From Macrostomum lignano (taxonomy: Eukaryota), in contig NIVC01002086.1 in the NCBI GenBank assembly GCA_002269645.1, positions 1-64,000 on the forward strand: a stretch of 64,000 nt of DNA, written 5' to 3'. The notes below the pieces were generated by a model. The model saw nothing but the letters and a program-made list of their open reading frames with translations. It was not told the origin of the DNA and did not search any database. Both the position numbers and the translations under genes were made by a program. Every line of letters starts with the position of its first letter. Position 1 is the first letter of the stretch. Shown here piece by piece: positions 25,150 through 35,976 of the stretch.

Positions 25150-27270
25150 TGGTGTAGATGATGGACTCGTTGCAGGAGATACTGTTATGTACGCTCGTAC
25201 ATAACAGAGGGGCCAGTAAGGCCGCTTTGCTATCGGAGTGCATGACAATAGTCTCTCCTCTCGTACCCTTGGAGTTCAGCTCTGCAGCGCAGGAGCTGAT
25301 GGCAAGGACTTCGTTCTGGAAGACTGTGGAGAGTCTGCCAGTGTGCTGGGCATGCGTGGCAATGACGCGGCCGTTGATGATGATGCAGACCCCAAAGCCG
25401 GCATGGCCGTTTTAATGGATCCATCCGTGTAGCAATGCATCTCCTGGAAATTCCAGTGGTCAGTGGCAACATTCCTAGAGGGGATGGTGACCTTGTAGCG
25501 CTGAAAGAGGTTGAGAGTGCGGGGTTCACCGTCAGATAAGACGTGGAGCCCGTCGCCGTCTCTCAAGTCTTTGAGCCTCATCGCAGTTGCGCGAGGATTG
25601 CGAGGGCTCTCTTTTGCTTTTGCATGAACGTAGGGTGACCAGTTCAGCCTGTGGTCCCGGGTAATACCTAGACATTTAGTTTGCTTGCAGAAGGAGATTT
25701 CCCTTCCGTAAAGCGTGAGCGGCCGAATCTGCCACTTGGTCCTGCCGGTGAACATGATCGCTGCGGTCTTAGTCTCAGAGAGCTTTAGACCACAACGATC
25801 CGCCAATTGCTCAGCGGCGTAGATGAAATTCTGAACAAGGTTCCTGAGGGTATCAGGGGACGGACCAGATGCCACCGCGGTAACACCGTCCGCATATCCT
25901 ACTTTCAGAATGGGGTCAGGCCGAGCATCCCGAAGGAGCTCATCGATGACCATATTCCAGAGAACTGGAGACAGCACCCCACCTTGCGGGCTACCTTTGC
26001 AGACGGGGACCGTCCTCTGGTGGCCCAGCAGACTGGCGGTGGCCGTGCGATGGCTAATCATGTACATGATCCATCCGGTGATATGTGAGTGCGTTTGCTC
26101 TCACAAAGAGCTGTTCGGAACGCCTCTGAGGGGCTTGTTCTTCAGCTCTACAGAGAGAAGGCGCCGTGCTTTGGCAGTCTCTCCATCAGCTTGACCAGGG
26201 AGGAGGTCAGGCTGATTGGTCTGAAGGATTTGATATAATGGTAGTCCGGGCGACCTGGCTTAGGGATGAAAATCACCTTTGCCTCGGTCCATAACCAAGC
26301 GTGATGCGCGCCCAATAAAGGCTGCAAATTTTACGCAAGAAGTCTGGGCATTTAACCGCCTTTCTTAGAAGGGCCGGTACAATGCCGTCGGGTCCTGGGG
26401 CTTTGAAAGGTTTGAAGGAATTAGCCGCTCTCACGATGCGGTCCTCCGTGATGATAGAGGCAGCCAGCGCGTGGCCTCCCGCCGAGTGATCCGGAGTGGT
26501 CGGGTGAGCTGGCTCGTTGGGAAAAAACGCAGAGAGCATCACATCAAGCGTTTCCCCTGGGTTGTCCGTGGACGTACCGTCGGTGCGTTTGACCGAGGAA
26601 AGCTTAGACATTTTGTCCAGCGTAAGCGCTTTAACAATTCTGGAGGTGGGGCGTGAGCCCTCTAGCTCTTGGCAGTATTGTCGCCATTTCTGAGCCTTTG
26701 CATTCCTAACCTGCCTTTTTAAACTCATGGATTGCTTCATGATAGGCGGCTTGGTCCGCTGGGCTCTTAGTTTTAGTTGCTCTTCGGTGGAGTCTCTTAG
26801 CTCTGCGACGAAGATTGCCGAGCTCGGGATACACCACGGCGCAGATTTTTTACCTTTATGCCTCAAAGGCGGCGGTTAGCGTTTCTGTCAACACAGTCGC
26901 GCACTCATCCGCCTCTCGGCATGACGTGATCGTGGATGGTTGGCCAGGAGACCGATGGAATTCTTTCAGGCCGAGCCCGAAGGTTTCCCAATCAGTGTTT
27001 CTGGTGTTCCATCTCCACGTAACACGAGTTGCGCTACGCGCGGTCATCAGGTTGAAGGAAATGAACTTGTGATCAGAGAGTGAGGACGCTGGAAGGACTC
27101 GCCACGCCTTGTAGAGGTAGAGCCTGGGTGTTGCGAGCGTTGCGTCGATCACCTCCGACCACCGTCCGTTGTCAAAAGTAGGAGTGGACCCAGAGTTGCA
27201 GAACTCGAGGGTCGTAGAGGCAACGTAGGCTAGGAGGTCTTCGCCTCTCTGATTAAACGCCCACCATACT
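25150..27270 (-). mobile_element. Degenerate non-LTR retrotransposon (APE endonuclease + RT + RNase H; I/R1/LOA-type group)
   Basis: EN: RGEDLL...N.GSTPTF...VIDATL...LSDHKFI. RT: FKAPGPDGI, KVIFIPKPG...FRPISLTS, PQGGVLSPVLWN, YADG (YADD-like). RNase H: YTDGS...HSDSKAAL. Frameshifts are present, RT subdomains 2-3 appear largely deleted, and both ends are truncated. Confidence 0.9.
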
Positions 27271-27663
27271 CACTGGGGCAGCACTGTCCATGATCAATGT
27301 ATGAAATAAATGAAGTATTAATTCTTTTATTATTTGGTTTGCAGGTAGACTCTAATCAGGCCCCGTTATTTTAAATATGTCAGACTTAAACTTGAGAGAA
27401 TTTTATTTCGAAATTCAACTTCAGAACTCTGGAAACTGCGGAAAGCGTGTGAATAACTTCATTGTTGCTATAATCAGACAGTTTCAAAGTGATTAAAATA
27501 TAGTTGGTTGCATTAAAAGGCGCAGGTTATTGCGTTAAAAGGTTATTGCGTTAAAAGACTGGTTATCAAGGTAAAAGACAGGTTATTGCGTTAAAAGGTT
27601 GCGTTTGAGTTAAAAACTTAATAACCAGCATTGCACGATCGGATTCATTGGCCTCTCCACAGC

Positions 27664-28870
27664 TCAAACAAACGGCGACACGCACTCGCACAGCACTCTG
27701 TACTTTTCCAACGACTCCCAGAAATCAGCCAGGTTGTTCGAATTGTGATATCGACCGATTGCATTTTCGCCATGTGGCCCGAAGTTGCCCGGCTCCACCG
27801 CGTTCCACAGGCTGTCGTCAAGGGTGATGTTGCAGCTGGCCCAGTGCCAGCCGCCTCTCGGCTCGGGACTTCCGGGAGTCCGGTAGCCTCCGAGCCACAT
27901 CGTGAATCCGGCGCTGTACTTTCTGTAGATCGTCTCCACGTGGCTCATCACGGTGGCGTCCATCACGTCGGCCATGATCACCAGACCGCTCTCCGAATCG
28001 CACTTCTGTCTGCTCGGCCACCAGAGATCGGCGTTAAAGTGCAGCTTGTACTTCACTCCGCACAGGTCGTCTCCGTAGCCAGACGGGCACAGCGCGCCCG
28101 CCTCGAGTCCCGGCTGCTGCTTAACAAACACCCGGACTCTCCTGGAGCAGCCGCAGTCCCTCAACAACTTGCTGCACTTGTCGAAAACGAACAGCTGGCA
28201 CGAACCGTCAGCAAGGCCGAACGCCTGACAGCGCGGGTTAAAGTGGCATCGGATGGCGCAAGCTGTCACGGATCCGGCCTCCGGAGCAGTTTCAACGAAG
28301 TCGCTCCTGATGCACAGGTAGCCTTCGATGACATGGGCGTAGGAACGTTTCAAAAAGTGGGGGGGGGCAGGTTCAGTGACGGATTTAGGGGGGGGGGGGC
28401 GCACAGGGTGCACGCCCCCTCGAGTTAGATTTTTTTATATGGAAAATGCACATTATCATGTACCGATTATTTTCAGACTCCATCTGGTCAGCACTCATTT
28501 TATAAAGCGCCGCTGGCACTCATTTTGGCGCCGCAGGCCCGCATTTTAGCACCGCAGGCACTCATTTTAGCGCTGCAGGCACTCATTTTAGCGCCGCAGG
28601 CACTCATTTTGGCGCTGCAGGCGTTATGTTTTGTCGCCCTGCAGCAAAATGCATTCGTGAAAAGCAGCAAACACCAAAAATAAGCACGAAGTCTACATTT
28701 TACATTTAAAATGTGAAGGGGCCAGATACCATTACTGGCCCCCCCATTTTAAAAAGTGGGGGGGGGGGCATGGCCCCACTGGCCCCCCCGTTCCTATGCC
28801 TAAGTTCGATGAGGCTGAAGCAACCGGAGGTGTTGCTCAGTGGCAGCAGAGCAGCGAGTAGCAGGACCAT
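27664..28870 (-). pseudogene. Secreted PAN/apple + C-type lectin-like gene (241 aa once the MITE is removed), coding exon interrupted by a MITE
   Basis: 28870-28805 encodes a signal-peptide-like MVLLLAALLPLSNTSGCFSLIE. It joins in frame with 28323-27664 (GYLCIRSDF...CAIRCHFNPRCQAF...SCQL PAN pattern; CTLD with QKC, MWLGG, WHW, WNAVEPGN, VLCE) when 28332-28804 and one TSD copy are deleted. No other stops or frameshifts are present. Confidence 0.8.
28332..28804. mobile_element. 473-bp hAT-like MITE with 8-bp TSD
   Basis: TSD TTCGATGA at 28324-28331 and 28805-28812. Imperfect 15-bp TIRs CATGGGCGTAGGAAC / GTTCCTATGCCTAAG. Internal G-runs and about five 20-bp GCGCCGCAGGCACTCATTTT repeats (28505-28625). 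Confidence 0.88.
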
Positions 28871-29299
28871 AGCAGGCTTAGTGGGACTCCCAGCGACACG
28901 TCTGTCTCGAGCCGAAGCGCTTCTAGCAGCTAGTAAGGGGCGCACAAGCAGTCGCACCGCACTTCTGCCGCCGGCTCTTTTACTGAGCCATTTATCGACA
29001 ACTCGATGCATCGAGAAATTTTTACAGGTTACTAGGCAACCGTTGATCAAAGAGTTAAAAAATTTCTCTAGCAATTTATTTTCAATTCAATCAAAGCAAT
29101 GATTAAGGATTTAAGTGCTTTTATTGTTTGACTACCTGCTTTATCAAAGCCCTCTCTTCAAAGAGAAATTTTAGATCAGAGCCATTTTTATGAATCTAAT
29201 GTGCCCGTTAGATGTGGAACATTTGGGATATTGCAGCTAGCTTAACACATTCATGCGCCATAAGCTATCAGCCTAAAAAGCAGTATTTTTGCCTATTTG

Positions 29300-30540
29300 A
29301 CAATGAAGCTGTTATGGCTGCCAGCCAAATGAACAAAGCCAACGCAGGCGTTGCGAGGGAAGGAGAGGAGAGGTCGTTCTGCAGCTAGATGCAGAGTGCG
29401 AAGTCTCTCAGAGCGGTGCAGCGGTGGCATTGGCGTCGCCACCTCTGGTTGCCAGTCGTCAGGCTGCTGCGGAGCCTCCGTGTCGTCGGCCCCGTCACCC
29501 CAGCCGTGGTGGTCATCCAGAATGTGGCGGCTGATGTGCCAGCGGCTGCCATCGAACAAAGTGATCGTGTTGCCCTCACGACTGCGACTGTCTGCGGCTC
29601 GAAAAAGCCGCTGCTGAGCTTTCCGCGCCTCGGCCGGCGGACGCGGATGCGGCTCCAGACTGTCAGCGCTGCGTCCTTCAGCGGGTGGTTTTGCTTGCGT
29701 AGCCGACGGTGGCATTTGGCCTGCTGCTGTCGCTCCGTGACGCTGCGCCGCAGTTCCTGGTCCGTCGTTGACTCGGTGCTTGCTGGTTGAAGACGCTCGA
29801 GAAGCAGGCGGAGCTTCCGTCCCAGCATCAGTTCAGCGGGCGTTGAATCTCGCTGTCGCACTCATGGCACAGCGCTAGAGGCAGTTCGGGTATCGACATG
29901 GTCGAAGACTCCTCGGGACTCGACCGCAGCAATCTGATGTCTGGAAGGCCCGAGAACTCTGCAGTTCAGCTTGTCCATCAGGTAGATTTCCATCAGGTCA
30001 TCGCCGTTCATGACGACGGTGAAGGTAAACGACGGGAGCTGGACGCAGTCGAACTCAACCGTGGCGTTGACCCCGCCGTAGACGCTGATGCTGGAGCCGT
30101 TTTATGACACGAGCTGTCTCCCAAACGGTCGCAGGGGATCCCGACGCTGGCTCTCTTGTACTCGCCCTTCTCGTCCGTGCTCACGGCAAAGATTCTTTGT
30201 TGAGCGGAGCTGTCGAAGTCGACGCCTTCAATCTTTTTCCGAGCCGAGTTCGGTGCCGCAGTGCTGCTCCTGTGCACGCTGGCGAAGTTGTTGAGGGTGG
30301 CATGACGCAAGTTTGCCTCGAATGCGTGCACGCCTTCGCCGCTCCGCTGGATGCACAGCCGGAAGTCATAGCGCTTGGCATACACGCTGATGGTGGGCTG
30401 AAACTGAAAGTGCTCATTGAGCAGTTTTCTTGCCGCTTCAAGTATCCCTGGAGCTTCATCTGGAGACTTGATGAGAGTCCGGTAGACTCGCACTCCTTCC
30501 CGCCCGAGTACTCAGCATACCAGACTCATAGACTGATAGA
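29300..30540 (-). mobile_element. Internally deleted Ty3/Gypsy-type LTR retrotransposon relic (gag, protease remnant, integrase C-terminus)
   Basis: gag-like LGREGVRVYRTL...LNEHF...KRYDFRLCIQRSGEGVHAFEANLR; protease-like FTFTVVMNGDDLM; integrase tail TPAELMLGRKLR, DGSRWH and LHRSERLR. No RT, RNase H or DDE core was found between them. Confidence 0.72.
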
Positions 30541-31817
30541 TGTACATATTGATCACTCACATGATTTCGTGAGCGAATATCCTTAAAGTGGGTTGACTTG
30601 ACCGACAGGATAAATTTGTTCACTACATGCAGATTTTTTCAGCCCCAAGTGAAAAGCGACAGTAGCTGAGATTGAGCTTAAAATTGCATACTTTTTCTGT
30701 TTTAAAATGTATGAGAAGTCAATTAGATTTTAGCTAGTTGAAGCAATACAATTGCATTGTTAATTTTATCCACAAGCTTTCAAATGCTATTTTTTTCTCG
30801 TCTAAAACCAAAGTGAAAAGCAGACAGCTTATCGAAAATACCTTATGCTAAAATGCTACTGAATATGTTTTCTGTAGCGTTGTTGAGATGTAACGCACAG
30901 AGAGTGTTTAAAGCGATTGTTTCAAGAAAAAATATATCACAGAATCATTTTGTTTGCTAGGCTAATGCCTGCGACGTCTTGTCACTGGTCACATCCGACA
31001 GTTCCCGCAGTCTCAACGGAGGCGCTTCCAGCGAATATTCTTTTCTGGCTGAGCAGAGTAGCTTTGAACTCCGAGATGCTTCTCGCTGGTGGATTTATCC
31101 TATTTATTGCTGAGATCCTTCAAGAGCTGAATTGGCAGTTGGTGGCTGCAGTTTTACTGAACGTTGAAGCAGAAGATTCAACAGAAATTCATCCCAATCG
31201 CAAAGTCAGCACGTGGCACGTCCAAGCCCCCACATTTATATCATACGCAAAGTGTCTAATGAAAGCCAAGCTATGTATTAATTGAGTTAACTTTTTCACT
31301 AGATAAGAGACTGAACCTCTGCTTCTACTTCGACGATTGCTTCAACAGCATCATCTATACTGGTAGTTAGTCGTTTTACCATGGTGTTCAGTTAAAGTTT
31401 CAGGCTGCTATTCCCGATGGCACGAGACGCAAAGTGGAATGGGCGCTTGAATCCATTCAGAATCACATGGGTGTGAGTCTTGATTGGACTATCATTAGCT
31501 TTTGACCAAATATAGTGACTGTTGACCAAATAAGAAGCTTTGCGATTTCTGCATTCCCTATCCCCGTTCCTCCATATTTGTTGCTGTTCTACTGAGTATA
31601 ATCACAATATACTAAACTCAAACTTATTTCTTAGTCCTCTTTTTAGTCTTCGGCACTGAGAATCAAATTGACTGAAAATTTACCATAGACTTGGTCTTCC
31701 ACGGGAAAAGACGAACCTAATTAAATGGCCGACAAAACCGATGGAGGTTAATCTATATTAATATCATATCTGTCGCATATCTGTGAAACTGCATGGTCAA
31801 AAAGTATCAATTTCACC

Positions 31818-32435
31818 ATGAACGATTCAAGCTGCCAGCTCAATGACAACCGCAGTGCTAACAACAAGAACAAGCTAAATTTGACTCAGCAGACAAAAGA
31901 TGAGGCTGAGGATGGCGAGGATGAATTCGAAGAAGATGGCAACGAGGTGCAAAATGACGAAGATCAAGAAGACGGAGGAGCAGAAGAAGAAGAGGAGGAA
32001 GAGGAAGTTGAAGGGGGCGATGCCGACCAGGGCGCTGAGGAAGAGGATGAAAGTGAACAGCAGGCGTGTGAAGACGAAGATCAAGAAGATGGAGACGATG
32101 GAGAAGAAGGTGAACAATGTGAAGAAGAAGAAGAAGAAGGAGAAGGAGAAGAGGAAGATGGAGAAGAAGGAGAAGAGCAGGACCCAGCCGAAGAAGACGA
32201 TAATGAAGAAAGATTCGAAGACAGCACCCAGCAGTCGAAGAAAGCCAGCAAGAATCGGCACGCGGTCGACCAAGCAGAGAACGAGGACGAAGACAATTTT
32301 GAGGAAGAGAACAGCGCCAATGCGGCCAATGTCCAGCAGGATGCTCAGGCAGAGGATGAGAGCGCCGAAGACGACGTCCTCGTTGATGTGGACCAGCAGG
32401 AGGCTGACCGGGCGGCTAGCGACGAAATATTTTAA
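31818..32435 (+). CDS. Highly acidic (D/E-rich) 205-aa ORF of unknown function; may be the last exon of a larger gene
   Basis: Open frame with a good ATG context (ttcaccATG) and non-periodic mixed GAA/GAG/GAT/GAC codons, so it is not a simple microsatellite. It ends in SDEIF* followed by AT-rich UTR-like sequence. Confidence 0.55.
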   Translation: MNDSSCQLNDNRSANNKNKLNLTQQTKDEAEDGEDEFEEDGNEVQNDEDQEDGGAEEEEEEEEVEGGDADQGAEEEDESEQQACEDEDQEDGDDGEEGEQCEEEEEEGEGEEEDGEEGEEQDPAEEDDNEERFEDSTQQSKKASKNRHAVDQAENEDEDNFEEENSANAANVQQDAQAEDESAEDDVLVDVDQQEADRAASDEIF

Positions 32436-33454
32436 AACTTGTATGAAAAATTATTTTATTATGCGTTTTACTTGTATAAGTTAAACAGTGCGATATCCGT
32501 GTGTACGAGACAGTTATTGTTTACTCGGTATTTTTTAACTCAATTTTCTTTACAAGAGACCCTGCTGCTCGCTCGCATGTATCCCTCTATAAAAACCTCG
32601 TTGGAGGACATCGTGACAACTGCGTTTTACGTGTACACAACCCTATAGCTGCTGTTAGTCATTAGCAAGTCAAAAAACACGAAGCCTTCACAACTATTTA
32701 AGAAGGTACAGAAGAAATCAACGTTCTATATTGAATTGTATTCGTTTTATTCGTAGAGTAATCGCTAATCCTTCGGTTTACGATTATTTATTCACCTGCA
32801 TTTTGGTTCCCAAACCCTATGTTATTTTCCATTTTAGCGATCATGGCCTGCTCAAAAGAAACAAAAAACTGTTAAACTGGGCTTATTCGTTTCGCTAGAA
32901 AAACTGAACGGAATATAGCCGAGCTATGGTGTCTCCCGTGGCATATACTGTATGGCGATGACGGGGATCCTATACATGTACATCCACTTCGGTTTACGAT
33001 CCTTTAAATGGGAGAAATACATGTAAATGATCGTGAATCGAAGGTAGTGCGTATTTAGATACTGTATTTACACACTGTGCACGACTATCAAACTACGTAC
33101 TGCATACACATGTACGAAATGAAAGCTTTATTTGGTCGGGGTTGCATGGAAGGACGGTCAGTAGCACAGAATACTGTGATATTCTGTGGTCAGTAGGTCA
33201 AACCGTATAGCGCATGTACATGTATGCGCAAATGTACTTGTAGCAGAATTAAAAACACTGACTCATTAATTCACCAGTTGCCTTGCAGCCTCAGTTGCCT
33301 TGTGCTTAAATGCACCTCATTGCCTGGACTTTTTAAGTCAACTTTTATGTAAATGCATATAGTACAAGTTGTAGAGTTATGAATAATTATTCATAAAATG
33401 CTACTGTAAGTAGACTAATTCAAACATGCGCAGCAAAACTTAAACTGTGAATCA

Positions 33455-33745
33455 GGTTACTATTTATAACGAAACTTATGAATCATGTTACTATTTATAA
33501 CGAAACTTATGAATCATGTTACTATTTAAAACGAAGATTAATCGTCTTACTATTTATAGCGCAAAGAAGAATCATGTTACTATTTATAACGAAGATTAAT
33601 CGTCTTACTATTTATAGCGCAAAGAAGAATCATGTTACTATTTATAACGAAGATTAATCGTCTTACTATTTATAGCGCAAAGAAGAATCATGTTACTATT
33701 TATAACGAAGATTAATCGTCTTACTATTTATAGCGCAAAGAAGAA
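33455..33745. repeat. 58-bp tandem repeat made of two related 29-bp subunits
   Basis: Period of 58 (33541 to 33599) with a shared TTACTATTTATA core. Confidence 0.85.
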
Positions 33746-35976
33746 TCATGTTACTATTTTTACCGATAAGCTAGATGAGTTATGTTGCGATTTATATTTC
33801 TCAAAAATTGCCTATAAATGCAAGCGAAAAATCCGAGCTAAAATCTCAGACTCGGAGCAGCCTCCAAAAGATATCTTGAGCTTGCTGGGAGCAGCTAAGC
33901 GAGGCTAAATCTCTGAGGGAAATAAATACCGTTCGGTAAGTCTTTGTTCGAGCCTTCGTTATTTGATTATTGAGAGCCTTGTTATTACCGACTGTTACTA
34001 ATCAGTTAATTTTACTGAGTTTATTGAATTTGAGGCCTTCCCTTTTCCTAAGGGATTGGATAGGATCTGCAGACAGATTCCGATACCTTTAGAGGATTCT
34101 TAATTGATTGATTTTGATACCCTAGAGTAACAGATAAGGGCACACGACTCTGATTCTGTTATTTCCAGAAGAAGACGCCCTTCCTGGAGGACCTCGTTAT
34201 TATTGTTATATAATTGACTTTGTTATTAGGGCGCATCTCCGATTTTGTTTATTGAACACATTGACGACAATTTAATTAAAGTGTGCTCTCATATTCGGCC
34301 GACTTCGTTCAGAGTCAACAGCGAGAATTCTTAAGCGCGCAACTGCAACCCGGACTGCAAAGAAGAGGAGCCCGCACAAGTGATCACTGAATTTTGTTCC
34401 CAGCTAGGCTTAAGGTCTGGAAGTGGGAGTTTTCGAGTGACTACCACCCGATTATACATGCGCTACAACCTGTGCAACACTAGCAATTTTCTTCAGTATC
34501 TGTCGGTTACATGTCGCTTCACTCCTACAGGTACATATGCTAAGATGCGTTGAATTTTTGATACCATCAATTCTAGGTTTTTTTAAAACAAAAGACTTAT
34601 AGACAGGTTATATGTATTACATTTTGTCTGGGTTTTGGATTAGGGGTGTTGTTGTTTGTTATCTGTTTACCTACCAATTAAATATACGCTTGCAGTCAGC
34701 CACGCCGCTCTCTCCCTTCACTCCTGGGTTTTCGCTTCGCTTCTCGCGGGCCCCTTAGCCGTCGCATTCAATTGCTTTAGTCGCACTAAAATTAAGCAGC
34801 TACCAATCCAAACCTAACCTTCAATTCAACATACCAAATCTGCAATTTACGCTAAGGGAAGTCGGCTGCTGGCTCTAGATTATTAAATTTAACCGCTACA
34901 CAAACCGTACGTCTTCCCGCCTTTATTCGTCACACTGTTTTTGTATAATTATTCCCTTCTTAAAATCTTGTCGTTCTGTTGTTAGTCGTTAGTCGTTCGA
35001 AAAAACCGTAAAAATTCCAGACGCTCTTTCAAATACCTACTTATAAAAATATCATTTAAATCGTAGGGGCCTATTAATCGATCAAGAAATAATCAACCTT
35101 TTGAACAAATATTAAATACATCGAATCATATTGGCAAAACAGGCTCTTTGCCTGAGCCAAACTTACTACTACTACTACTACTACCATGCAGATGCGTGGA
35201 CTTTATTAAATATATAGGGCCTATACATGCAGCAATACAAACCTAAATCAGATAGTTCTGTGTTAAAGATACATAGTTTATAGTTAATAAGCTACTTAAT
35301 TTGCCTAATTTAATTGTAATGGCTAGGGTTCCGGCACTGGAACCCGTTTTCTAATGGCTAATGATCCAGCAGTCTTCTGCAGGCAGGCAGTTATCTACTA
35401 ATAATGAAGTCTTGAACATAAGAAGTATATTGATTTGAATATCATCGTTTCGTTTTGATCTTAGGCCTATCTTGAACAAAATCTCAATATCAACCACCTG
35501 TTAAAAAGTAAAATGTTTCTGCTATATTATACCCATAAATATAGCTATTAGAAAATGGGTTTGTGCCAGAACTCTAGAAATTGCCTAATTTAATTTAAAC
35601 AGTACATTGCAAAACTAAAACTGTACTGTTCTCTGTAATTAGGCCCTAAGCAAACAAATTTTTTCAGTTTTCATATTTGTAATTTAAATGAGACATTTTC
35701 ATTTTCAACTTCAAGTGCTGTTTTAATGTTTTATCTAATACCTTTTAAATCCATTAATCTGTCAAAATCATGTTAAATAGGCCTAATAATTTTGATTTTT
35801 TCAAGATATATAGGTAGGGGCCTATAACTATTCCAAATTCCATTTGTGTTTGTCCTAGGCCTATTGTAGTATTGTATAGGCTATAATATTAATATATTAG
35901 GCCTAACTTTGTTCTTTGGTAGGGAGTCGGGACTTCAATAAGGGTCCAATTACTTGCCAAAATATGCATTCAAAAG

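Noticed and set aside
30917-31375. Possible further exons upstream of the acidic ORF (30961 onward; 31301-31361)
   Set aside because: Could not be joined in a consistent phase to 31404-31472; strand is ambiguous.
33795-34467. LTR-like block TGTTGCG...CGCTACA
   Set aside because: No target-site duplication and no PBS or PPT; too weak to call.
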